Source of the DNA: Bacillus subtilis subsp. subtilis str. 168
GTDB taxonomy: Bacteria; Bacillota; Bacilli; Bacillales; Bacillaceae
Assembly: GCF_000009045.1 (NCBI RefSeq)
Contig: NC_000964.3
Span: 1,890,001 to 1,922,000 of the forward strand
Length of the DNA: 32,000 nucleotides
Reading direction: 5' to 3'
In this document: positions 9,589 through 17,493 of the stretch, piece by piece
Layout: each line of letters starts with the position of its first letter
Position numbering within the stretch: position 1 is the stretch's first letter
The notes under the pieces: model-generated
What the model saw: only the letters and a program-made list of their open reading frames with translations
Databases searched by the model: none
Told to the model about the DNA's origin: nothing
Translations under genes and position numbers: made by a program

Positions 9589-10050
9589 ATGAATAGGGGA
9601 GTTAGTTTTCAAATACCGAATGAATATGGAAATTTTCTATGGAGAATACTGCAGCCGGTAGAAATAGCTAATTATAGGTGGCAAACGAGTGGGGAATCTT
9701 ATTTTGTTGTAGAAGGAGAGCTCGATGATGAGGAGCTTTTTCATGACTACGAAATTGTTGAGGGGGCAGTTTTTGAGCAACAATTAAAAACGAATCAGTA
9801 CTATACCATTTTCGTTGAACTGAAAGCATTTCCATATGGAAAAATGGTTAATCAAGTCAATACATATGAAGAGTTTGCTGACAGTGATTGCGAACTTGTC
9901 CTTTTGATAGCAGATAATAGCTACGTTTCGATTTACTGTAAAAACAAAAATATCATTGAAAAACTTTACTTCAATGCTTTACAGCATGATTTTGAAGACG
10001 TTCAATTTATAACTGATGAAAATGACACAAGAACAAGCCTTACTGTATGA
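9589..10050 (+). CDS. yncE: acidic hypothetical protein, co-oriented with the dUTPase gene
   Basis: 153-aa ORF with an AAGGGG SD 6 nt upstream and a 29-nt gap to yncF. I cannot assign a catalytic motif. Confidence 0.8.
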   Translation: MNRGVSFQIPNEYGNFLWRILQPVEIANYRWQTSGESYFVVEGELDDEELFHDYEIVEGAVFEQQLKTNQYYTIFVELKAFPYGKMVNQVNTYEEFADSDCELVLLIADNSYVSIYCKNKNIIEKLYFNALQHDFEDVQFITDENDTRTSLTV

Positions 10051-10079
10051 TACTCAATAAAAATTAAAGGAGCTAGTAC

Positions 10080-10514
10080 ATGACAATGCAAATTAAAATC
10101 AAGTATCTAGATGAAACACAAACAAGAATCAGCAAAATTGAGCAGGGAGACTGGATTGATCTTCGGGCAGCTGAAGATGTAACAATCAAAAAAGATGAAT
10201 TTAAGCTTGTCCCATTAGGTGTTGCAATGGAGCTGCCTGAAGGTTACGAAGCACATGTCGTCCCTCGTTCAAGTACATATAAGAACTTTGGCGTTATTCA
10301 AACAAATTCAATGGGTGTTATCGATGAGTCATATAAGGGAGACAACGATTTCTGGTTCTTTCCTGCTTATGCATTGCGTGATACTGAAATTAAGAAGGGT
10401 GATCGTATCTGCCAGTTTAGAATCATGAAGAAAATGCCGGCGGTTGAATTGGTTGAAGTCGAGCATTTGGGAAACGAGGATAGAGGAGGACTCGGTTCAA
10501 CAGGTACGAAGTAA
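10080..10514 (+). CDS. yncF: trimeric dUTPase
   Basis: 144 aa with an AAAGGAG SD. dUTPase motifs PRSS, GVIDxxY(K)GD and C-terminal RGGLGSTG. Confidence 0.93.
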
Positions 10515-10639
10515 ACAAAATAAATCCTTGGCTGTCTTCATGCTGTGTGATTGATCAATGGAGGTTTCAGCCAAGGTACATATAAATATTATGTATAAAA
10601 TGAATATTTTAATACGAAGGATTTAATTAAAAACAAAGT

Positions 10640-10813
10640 TTAAAAAGGGAAGTTTTGAAAAAGTGAAATAGTAATAACTAAAGTCGATAAAGAACCTAAA
10701 GATGTCAAAGAAACAATTTTTCTGGTGCTTTGCTTTTTTGAAGGTTTACTTAGCTCGTGGATAACTGCCCCCCATAAAAGCATGGATGCTAAAATTATAA
10801 TACTTATATACAT
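10640..10813 (-). CDS. 57-aa two-TM membrane peptide, below the ORF-track cutoff
   Basis: On the minus strand AAAGGAG lies 7 nt before the ATG (10813). Product: MYISIIILASMLLWGAVIHELSKPSKKQSTRKIVSLTSLGSLSTLVITISLFQNFPF*. Confidence 0.5.
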   Translation of the reverse strand: MYISIIILASMLLWGAVIHELSKPSKKQSTRKIVSLTSLGSLSTLVITISLFQNFPF

Positions 10814-11067
10814 AAAGATGCTCCTTTTATTATATTTACAGTTTTTACATTTTTATCGATTTTACCACATTTAGGATTGAGTTGTCGATGAAACAAGCAT
10901 CTCTATAAAGAAATACTTTTATCTAAATTTTTATAAATAGGGGAAGGCAACTAAAAACTAGTAATGCCACTAATAATAAGCCAAGTTAAATGACTTGTGT
11001 TCATTAATAATTGAATTTTACAGCAGCCATGAGCACAAAAAAATCTGAGTTCGTCGATAAATATCAT

Positions 11068-11094
11068 AAAAAAGCCCCCGGTATGTCGCCAGGG
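11068..11094 (-). terminator. terminator of cotU
   Basis: The minus-strand RNA forms CCCUGG...CCGGGG (one G-U pair), followed by GCUUUUUUAU. Confidence 0.6.
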
Positions 11095-11116
11095 AATAAA
11101 TAGACGTTTAAGAGAT

Positions 11117-11377
11117 TTAGTGATGTTTTTTATATGATTCGACAAAATCATAATAATGATCATCGTCATCATAATACTTTTTTTCGTAATGATAATCGTG
11201 ATCATCGTAATACTTTTTATCATGGTCATCATACTTTTTGTCGTAATCATAATGTTTTTTATCATGATCATAATACTTGTCGCAATCATAATGCTTCTTA
11301 TCATTGTCGTAATACTTTTTGTAATATGTTTTTTTCCAAGTATAATACTCTTCTTTATATTTTTTATAATAACCCAA
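11117..11377 (-). CDS. cotU: Tyr/Lys/Asp-rich spore coat protein, CotC paralogue
   Basis: 86 aa, MGYYKKYKEEYYTWKKTYYKKYYDNDKK.... TTG start (plus-strand caa at 11375-11377), preceded by GGAGGAATTTAA. Confidence 0.9.
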   Translation of the reverse strand: MGYYKKYKEEYYTWKKTYYKKYYDNDKKHYDCDKYYDHDKKHYDYDKKYDDHDKKYYDDHDYHYEKKYYDDDDHYYDFVESYKKHH

Positions 11378-11896
11378 TTAAATTCCTCCTTTATGTTATT
11401 CGAATTTAATTTATGAAGTTTAAATGATATGGTATGGTCAAATGAAATAAGAATAGTAAAAAGAGGCTGTTTAAAACACTTTCTGAAAAACAAAACGGAT
11501 AGCTGTTTATGAAAATAAGAGCGAGAGAGAGCACTCAATCACTGTAAAATAATAGTAAAGTGTATAGAGAGATTAGTATACGTAAAAAGGGACTTTCTCA
11601 TTGAAGAATATTTGAACGTTATGGTTAAGATTCAAGAGCTCTATGATGTGATTTTTCACACTGCTTTTGAAGGATTTAGAGTTAGACATCAAAAACAAAC
11701 AGCAAAACCGGCTAGAAACAGATCATATAAGGAATGAACCGCTGCCAAATATCATAAAAAAGTTGTTAATGATCAAATGAATGAAATTAGAGAGAATTTA
11801 TTTTAAAGAAAGCCCAATTGCACATGGACAAATGACAATTGATATTGAGGTAAAATACAATGCATTAAATCAGAAAAAGCTATTGGAGGATTTAAT

Positions 11897-12073
11897 GTGT
11901 TTAGACAATTTCCAATTTGGTATACACAAACACCTGACTATTTGAATTTTTATGTACCGCAATATCAAACCATTTCGTATAATCCTCAACAATGTTATCA
12001 ACGGTGTATGTACCAAACTGGCGGTAACTATGAGCTATGTGACAGACTATGTTATGGAGAAATACAGGTGTAA
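11897..12073 (+). CDS. 58-aa Tyr/Gln/Cys-rich peptide with two CX3C motifs, below the track cutoff
   Basis: GGAGGA (11885-11890) lies 6 nt before the GTG. Product: MFRQFPIWYTQTPDYLNFYVPQYQTISYNPQQCYQRCMYQTGGNYELCDRLCYGEIQV*. A weak hairpin follows the stop. Confidence 0.5.
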   Translation: MFRQFPIWYTQTPDYLNFYVPQYQTISYNPQQCYQRCMYQTGGNYELCDRLCYGEIQV

Positions 12074-12218
12074 AAGAGGGGGATTAACTCCTCTTTAAAC
12101 ACACAGTGAGTGGAATAAGATCCTCACTTTATCTGCAAGTGCTTAGTATTTGCGATAATATTGCATTCGTAATAAATTATGCTTAGCAACTGAAAATGAA
12201 AGAAGGATATGAATAGTC

Positions 12219-13058
12219 ATGACGCAATTCGATAAACAATACAATTCAATTATAAAGGATATTATCAATAATGGAATCTCAGACGAAGAGTTTGATGTAA
12301 GAACCAAGTGGGACTCAGATGGAACACCGGCACATACTCTAAGTGTAATCAGTAAGCAAATGAGATTCGACAACTCAGAGGTTCCGATTTTAACGACAAA
12401 AAAGGTTGCCTGGAAAACAGCCATTAAAGAGTTGCTCTGGATTTGGCAGCTGAAATCTAATGATGTTAATGATTTAAACATGATGGGCGTCCATATTTGG
12501 GATCAGTGGAAACAAGAAGACGGAACCATCGGACATGCATATGGATTTCAGCTGGGGAAGAAAAACAGAAGTCTAAATGGAGAAAAAGTGGATCAGGTAG
12601 ACTATCTTCTTCATCAATTGAAGAACAATCCATCTTCACGCAGACACATTACAATGCTGTGGAATCCTGATGAATTAGACGCAATGGCCTTAACGCCATG
12701 TGTATACGAGACACAATGGTACGTTAAACATGGGAAACTCCACCTTGAGGTAAGAGCACGGAGCAATGATATGGCATTGGGAAATCCATTCAATGTATTC
12801 CAGTATAATGTGTTGCAGCGCATGATTGCTCAAGTGACTGGTTATGAGCTTGGTGAATATATCTTTAACATTGGGGATTGCCATGTGTACACACGTCATA
12901 TAGACAATTTGAAAATTCAAATGGAAAGAGAACAGTTTGAAGCACCTGAACTATGGATCAATCCTGAAGTGAAAGATTTTTATGACTTTACCATTGATGA
13001 TTTCAAGTTAATCAACTATAAACATGGGGACAAGCTTTTATTTGAGGTAGCGGTTTAA
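12219..13058 (+). CDS. thyA: thymidylate synthase A
   Basis: 279 aa with a GAAGGA SD. ThyA blocks are present (RRHITMLWNPDE, LTPCVYETQWYV with the catalytic Cys, DMALGNPFNVFQY). Confidence 0.96.
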   Translation: MTQFDKQYNSIIKDIINNGISDEEFDVRTKWDSDGTPAHTLSVISKQMRFDNSEVPILTTKKVAWKTAIKELLWIWQLKSNDVNDLNMMGVHIWDQWKQEDGTIGHAYGFQLGKKNRSLNGEKVDQVDYLLHQLKNNPSSRRHITMLWNPDELDAMALTPCVYETQWYVKHGKLHLEVRARSNDMALGNPFNVFQYNVLQRMIAQVTGYELGEYIFNIGDCHVYTRHIDNLKIQMEREQFEAPELWINPEVKDFYDFTIDDFKLINYKHGDKLLFEVAV

Positions 13059-13160
13059 TGCTGCCTTTTTATTGTGCAGTGAATAGATAGCAGGTATCCT
13101 AATTTCATTAAGCAATCTGGAAGATGAATAAAAATTGAAGGACAAACACGTATAATACAT

Positions 13161-13192
13161 AAAAAAGATTAACTCTACAGTTAATCTTTTTT
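13161..13192. terminator. bidirectional terminator (thyA on +, small membrane ORF on -)
   Basis: AAAAAAGATTAACT CTAC AGTTAATCTTTTTT, a perfect 14-bp stem including the A and T runs. Confidence 0.8.
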
Positions 13193-13393
13193 ATTCAGAA
13201 GAAAATATCCTAACTTTGAAACTAAATACAAAGTAAAAGCAATCATTACAGTTCTAGATATTACAATTCCATGAATAGCTAGATCATATCCAGCAGGTAT
13301 CAACGCATTTGTATTACACATAAAATATATAGATATTAGAAGTGCTACAATAACTAAAATCATTCCAAAAAGACTTGTTTTTTCATATTTCAT
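13181..13393 (-). CDS. 70-aa two-TM membrane protein
   Basis: The track ORF (95 aa) is probably too long. The internal ATG at 13393 has AAGGGTGGA about 8 nt upstream. Product: MKYEKTSLFGMILVIVALLISIYFMC.... Confidence 0.55.
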   Translation of the reverse strand: MKYEKTSLFGMILVIVALLISIYFMCNTNALIPAGYDLAIHGIVISRTVMIAFTLYLVSKLGYFLLNKKD

Positions 13394-13470
13394 ACCAATT
13401 TCCACCCTTATTAAAGTTAGGTTTAAACAAAAGAGCTGAAGAAACGAACTATGACCAGTATGCTCCAAGG

Positions 13471-13500
13471 AAAACCGCCAGACAATGCTGGCGGCTTTTT
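13471..13500 (-). terminator. terminator of yncM
   Basis: CCGCCAG (13475-13481) pairs with CTGGCGG (13488-13494). A plus-strand A-run gives UUUU on the minus-strand RNA. Confidence 0.6.
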
Positions 13501-13510
13501 GCTGCTTCGT

Positions 13511-14263
13511 TTATTTATTAACAGAGATCGTAACGTTATTTCCTGCAACTGAAACCTTTGCGAAATCCTGTGTATCTACCACAGGAGTGACGGCTTTATT
13601 GTCGATAGTGATGTTGTTAAAAGAGGTCGAAAAGGTTGCTTTGATCGCATCACGCTGGCTTTCATACGAAACAGCCGCGGTAGCAAGTGTTTTCCATTTT
13701 GAAATCGTGCCGATGTTGGTTCCTTGAATTTCTGTGATAATCCGTCCGGTGTAGCCGTCATTGTTCGTTCCCCAAAGGGTCATGCGCGTATTGCCGCTTA
13801 AATTTTTATAGATTGTCATTTGGACTGTGCTTCCAGGGCGGAAGCCTTTATTGTATGTGAATTTGTCTTTTCCTTCGATGTACGTTTCTTCATTTTTGGA
13901 CCCAACCTTCATGAGGGGCTTCCAGACGTTGTATTGTTTGCTGTACTGAAGCCCGATATCGGCTTCAGTTCCGCTTGTTGCCCTAAAGCCAGAATAAATA
14001 TAGGGAGTAGAGACCGAGTCGTTGTTTTTGACAGTTTCAGGAAGCACGATTTTAGCTGTAAAAACGGCGCCCGTACTGTTCAGGTAGACACGGCCGCCGA
14101 TTCCGTTAGGCAGCTCGGATGCTGCTTTTGCGACTTGAGCGTCTGCCGCGGGTAAACCTGGTATACCTGATGAAAGGGTTCCGAAAAGAACTGCTGTTCC
14201 TACTGCACCTGCAATCAATACTTTTTTCACCAAAATTCCCCCTTTTGATAGTGGTTTCGCCAT
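13511..14263 (-). CDS. yncM: secreted protein of unknown function
   Basis: 250-aa ORF with a long Sec signal ending ...[10 protein letters not shown]. An internal GTG (giving [10 protein letters not shown]...) has AAAGGGGGA 6 nt upstream and may be the real start. Confidence 0.88.
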
Positions 14264-14392
14264 TTATTATACCTTATTTTGGAACTGGATTTACGTATAT
14301 AAATCGACAAAATATTTCATTTTGAATGATGTAAGGTCGAAACGCTTCGCCAATCTGAAAGCTATATACCTTTATCAGAGGAAAGAATGAGA

Positions 14393-14749
14393 TCACATTC
14401 GTTTTAACCGATTTGAAATTTTCCTCAAAATAAAAGTACAAATGCTTAAAGAAACGATTATTAAAAGAATGCCCGCTATCGTTTCCAAGCCTGTAAAAAA
14501 GAGGTGACGTTTCATCAATGTCTGTCCTTGTAAAATGATAAAAGCACAGATACCGACTAAGAAAAGAAAACAAATACTTAGGATTGCTAACGCTTTACGT
14601 GAGTATGTTTTCATTTCATCTTTAAAATACAGCAATACGAAAATAAAGCAGATAACATTGGCTATTGTTCTAATCACCTCAAAGCTTTTCATGACAACTG
14701 ATATAAATAGACAAAGTAAAATGAGATAAAATACGATGTTTCTATACAA
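14393..14749 (-). CDS. 118-aa four-TM membrane protein of unknown function
   Basis: Track ORF is 128 aa from the TTG at 14779. I prefer the TTG at 14749, preceded by AAAGGAGAGG (14754-14760 on the plus strand). Confidence 0.55.
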   Translation of the reverse strand: MYRNIVFYLILLCLFISVVMKSFEVIRTIANVICFIFVLLYFKDEMKTYSRKALAILSICFLFLVGICAFIILQGQTLMKRHLFFTGLETIAGILLIIVSLSICTFILRKISNRLKRM

Positions 14750-14832
14750 AAAACCTCTCCTTTTATGTAGGATCCTCAAAGAGTTTATAAAAGTTTCTTT
14801 GTAACTGCAATAAATTGAATGCGCTCACTTAT

Positions 14833-14866
14833 GAACTAACTAAACTATGTACTAAATATTCACTAT
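14833..14866 (+). repeat. copy A of a 34-bp direct repeat (partner at 27296-27329)
   Basis: GAACTAACTAAACTATGTACTAAATATTCACTAT against GAACTAATTAAACTATGTACTAAATTTTCAGTAT: 31/34 identical, with a 17-nt exact core. Confidence 0.8.
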
Positions 14867-14935
14867 TCTTTTTCAGATTCAGTCACCAAGGTTTTCATAG
14901 AAAGGGAAGCTTCAGAAATATACATATAGTGCACA

Positions 14936-14962
14936 AACAAAAAAGACCCGGCAATAGCCGGG
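14936..14962 (-). terminator. terminator of cotC
   Basis: CCCGGC (14947-14952) pairs with GCCGGG (14957-14962). The minus-strand RNA continues UCUUUUUUG. Confidence 0.75.
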
Positions 14963-14994
14963 GGAAAGTAAAAACGAGGAGATGTTAATGGCGT

Positions 14995-15195
14995 TTAGTA
15001 GTGTTTTTTATGCTTTTTATACTCTACAACATAATCATAGTCTTTTTTATCGTGATCATAATATTTTTTATCATAGTCATCATATTTTTTGTCGTAATCA
15101 CAGTCATAATCTTTTTTATCATATTCGTAATACTTCTTATAATACGTTTTTTTGACCGTATAATACTCTTCTTTGTATTTTTTGTAATAACCCAT
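14995..15195 (-). CDS. cotC: Tyr/Lys/Asp-rich spore outer coat protein
   Basis: 66 aa, MGYYKKYKEEYYTVKKTYYKKYYEYDKKDYDCDYDKKYDDYDKKYYDHDKKDYDYVVEYKKHKKHY. ATG at 15195 with AAAGGAGGAG upstream. The 118-aa track ORF is an upstream extension. Confidence 0.93.
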   Translation of the reverse strand: MGYYKKYKEEYYTVKKTYYKKYYEYDKKDYDCDYDKKYDDYDKKYYDHDKKDYDYVVEYKKHKKHY

Positions 15196-15225
15196 ATATA
15201 CTCCTCCTTTATTTTTACTACGCTT

Positions 15226-15258
15226 TATTATACGGCGAGTAGATTTTGCGGCTTGGAC
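15226..15258 (-). promoter_or_regulatory. candidate sigma-K type promoter of cotC
   Basis: The minus strand reads CGTATAATA (compare the sigma-K -10, CATA---TA) about 30 nt upstream of the ATG. cotC is a known late mother-cell gene. Confidence 0.4.
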
Positions 15259-15325
15259 AGTTAAAATCATAGAAGGAAAAAAGGGCTGTCCAAATGATAG
15301 AAAAAGACAGATGACACAAAAACAA

Positions 15326-15357
15326 ATCAAAATAAAGAGCCGATTTTTCATCGGCCC
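15326..15357 (-). terminator. terminator of tatAC
   Basis: The minus-strand RNA forms GCCGAU GAAAA AUCGGC, followed by UCUUUAUUUUG. Confidence 0.6.
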
Positions 15358-15369
15358 AAACGATTTATC

Positions 15370-15558
15370 CTACATTTGTTTGTCTTCTTTGTTTTCTGAG
15401 TCATTTTTTCTGATATCCTGAGTCAGTCCGCTTGTTGCTTGTTTAAATTCTGATAAGGCTTTTCCTGCTGCACGGCCAAGCGCCGGCAGTTTATCAGGCC
15501 CAAATACTAAAAAACCCACAAACAAAATAACGAGTATTTTTGTGAAGCTTAATTCCAT
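15370..15558 (-). CDS. tatAC: twin-arginine translocase TatA-type subunit
   Basis: 62 aa, MELSFTKILVILFVGFLVFGPDKLPALGR... (TatA/E hinge FGP). ATG at 15558 with GGGGGAAAAGGA upstream. The track start at 15597 is an extension. Confidence 0.9.
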   Translation of the reverse strand: MELSFTKILVILFVGFLVFGPDKLPALGRAAGKALSEFKQATSGLTQDIRKNDSENKEDKQM

Positions 15559-15667
15559 ATCCTTTTCCCCCTGATTGAAGTACAACCTTTTAAACAAATT
15601 ATAAGAGATAGCAGTACAAATGGGAATGCATTTATTTTGAACATTTTAAAACCAGCACAAAGACGGA

Positions 15668-15696
15668 TTCATAAAACGGCTGCTGCTGAATATAAT
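15668..15696 (+). promoter_or_regulatory. candidate sigma-A promoter of yndA
   Basis: TTCATA, 17 nt, TATAAT (15691-15696). Confidence 0.35.
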
Positions 15697-15808
15697 GTCC
15701 AATGCCACCTGCCTAAGAAGCAGGAGGCAGGCTGGATCAATTATGTAGCTCTGCCGGAAATGATACAAACGTAGCGGCTATCATTGACATAGAGGAGTGG
15801 TGTAGCTG

Positions 15809-16207
15809 ATGAGATTCACTAAGGTAGTTGGATTTTTGTCTGTTTTAGGGTTGGCTGCGGTTTTTCCATTAACGGCACAAGCAGAAAAAGCCGGAACTGC
15901 GGGGGCTGGAGAGTGGGATAAGTTGGGGACTTACACATATACTTACTCAAGTCCGACGGTATACTCGACCGGAGGAGATTTTAGAGTGTGCCTTTCAGGA
16001 AGCACTCCTTTTTCTGTTTCACTGCACTTATATGAGGATGATCCCGGTGACAATCCTGATGATTATGTAGGGGCAAACTATTTTTCACCCGGAGAATGCC
16101 ACACCTTTGGCAGTATTGGAAAATTTGTAGATGGGAGCAATAACAAGGCCGAGTTCTTTGTTACCGATTACTCTGGTAAATCTAAAACTGTTACGTTTTA
16201 TGATTGA
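15809..16207 (+). CDS. yndA: small secreted protein of unknown function
   Basis: 132 aa with a GAGGAGTGG SD. Sec signal MRFTKVVGFLSVLGLAAVFPLTAQA. Confidence 0.85.
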   Translation: MRFTKVVGFLSVLGLAAVFPLTAQAEKAGTAGAGEWDKLGTYTYTYSSPTVYSTGGDFRVCLSGSTPFSVSLHLYEDDPGDNPDDYVGANYFSPGECHTFGSIGKFVDGSNNKAEFFVTDYSGKSKTVTFYD

Positions 16208-16245
16208 TGGACTCAAATTGTGAAGTATAACCCTTGGAAAAAAAC

Positions 16246-16273
16246 AAAAAAGAGAGATACCTCTCTCTTTTTT
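16246..16273. terminator. bidirectional terminator between convergent yndA and yndB
   Basis: AAAAAAGAGAGA TACC TCTCTCTTTTTT, a perfect 12-bp stem that overlaps the yndB stop. Confidence 0.8.
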
Positions 16274-16706
16274 ATTCTTCGACAGCCTTACGAAGCCGTT
16301 CATTTACAATGCCAGTCCAGCCGCCATCCATCTTACCGCGAACGACGGAGCTTTTCTCGTTTGCTTTGCCGATCACTTCATTCGGCTCTTTCCAGCCGCT
16401 GTGAATAAGGGTAAACCCTGTCTTTTCCCCCAAGTCTTCTAATTGAAAGGTAACGACCCATCCTTCTGTATCCCATTCAAAAGAAAGTTCAGTTGGAGCT
16501 TGAACAGCCAAAACTTTACAAGGGGACGGCCCAAACGGCGATTGTAAGTGAAATTCTTGTCCTTCTTTGAGCTGAAAGTCATTGGGCATAAACCACTTGG
16601 CAATGCCTTCTGAAGTAGAGACTGTCTCCCAGACTTTCTGAATGGGAGCCTCCAGAGTAATGCTTTTTGTAATATCCGGTAATGCATTTTCGTTGTTTTG
16701 AGCCAT
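16272..16706 (-). CDS. yndB: SRPBCC (START/AHSA1-like) ligand-binding protein
   Basis: 144 aa. I recognise the sequence as B. subtilis YndB. GAGGTAAAC SD. Confidence 0.88.
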
Positions 16707-17012
16707 TTCGTTTACCTCTTGACATATGATGTTTTTTCAATTCAATCATATAATAACTAATAAGATCATGTCCATAGCGTGCATTATTTATGCTAGAGCT
16801 GCTGTTGAACAGCGTGTCAGTCGCCAGTCTGATCTGTGAATGGGAGAATTCTGCATGCGCGAAAAAGAGAGAGAGGTGTATGTTGTCATTTCGTTCATTC
16901 TTGTTTGCAGCCGCAACTGTTATGTTTGAACTGGGATTCCTGTTCAGCCAATTTATTTTGCGATTTTTGTTTTAATAGTAAATGAGCCATTTTCTAAAAC
17001 AGGAGGTTTTTT

Positions 17013-17201
17013 ATGCTTGGAAAAATCAAAGCAGCCATTGATAATAGTCCAGGGAAGCCGGCCAGAATTTTAGTTAGTGAAAAAGCGTTTCAGCAATTAG
17101 AGGAAGAAATGCGCTTTGTTTACGTTTCCAAACCGAAAACGATAATGGGGATTCCTGTGGAAGTTTCAGATCAGGCAGAAAGCTTCAAGCTGGAATTTTA
17201 G
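17013..17201 (+). CDS. ynzB: 62-aa hypothetical protein
   Basis: ACAGGAGGT SD 7 nt upstream. The symbol is assigned from remembered gene order only. Confidence 0.7.
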   Translation: MLGKIKAAIDNSPGKPARILVSEKAFQQLEEEMRFVYVSKPKTIMGIPVEVSDQAESFKLEF

Positions 17202-17266
17202 TTTTCCCAGACTGCTAAAAGGCTCATTTTGTGTTAATTATGCAAAATGGTCAGGTTGATTTCTTT

Positions 17267-17300
17267 AAAAGCATGATGAAATGTTCATCATGCTTTTTTA
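17267..17300 (+). terminator. rho-independent terminator after ynzB
   Basis: AAAAGCATGATGA AATGT TCATCATGCTTTT, then TTATT. Confidence 0.85.
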
Positions 17301-17373
17301 TTGAGAAAAAAGACGAACATAAAAAATAGGTATACGGGAAAAATAATCCTATTAGAGAGAGGGGAACTGACAG

Positions 17374-17484
17374 ATGGATAACATGATATCAACACTTACT
17401 GACTGGAATGTGTGGTTTCAAGCGTTAGTAGTATTTCTCGTTCCATATGTAATCTATAAAGTGTTTACTTGGATTCATGTATAA
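17374..17484 (+). CDS. 36-aa single-TM peptide ending 9 nt upstream of the yndD start
   Basis: GAGAGGGGAA lies 7 nt before the ATG. Product: MDNMISTLTDWNVWFQALVVFLVPYVIYKVFTWIHV*. Its stop at 17484 is followed by the yndD ATG at 17494. Confidence 0.5.
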   Translation: MDNMISTLTDWNVWFQALVVFLVPYVIYKVFTWIHV

Positions 17485-17493
17485 GAAGGTGCA

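Noticed and set aside
10526-10576. 9-bp inverted repeat CCTTGGCTG/CAGCCAAGG after yncF, considered as a terminator.
   Set aside because: The loop is 33 nt and there is no T-run, so it is not a convincing intrinsic terminator. It may still form a structure, but function cannot be inferred.
10951-11538. 195-aa minus-strand ORF, plus the plus-strand ORFs 11134-11409 and 11156-11416, all overlapping cotU. The same applies to 15001-15264 over cotC.
   Set aside because: These are products of the AT-rich, 3-periodic Tyr/Lys/Asp coding repeats, which leave other frames stop-free. The translations are low-complexity Ile/Met/Thr or His/Asn strings with no SD. The cotU and cotC frames are the recognisable ones.
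16790-16975. 61-aa ORF, or its internal 31-aa hydrophobic peptide MLSFRSFLFAAATVMFELGFLFSQFILRFLF, between yndB and ynzB.
   Set aside because: The first ATG has no SD, and the internal ATG sits only 1-3 nt from the purine-rich run. Support is too weak to call.
17311-17346. Possible forespore (sigma-F/G type) promoter upstream of the ynd mini-ORF (GAACATA ... GGGAAAAATAA).
   Set aside because: The match to the -35 and -10 consensus elements and their spacing is too loose to assert by eye. It needs transcript mapping.
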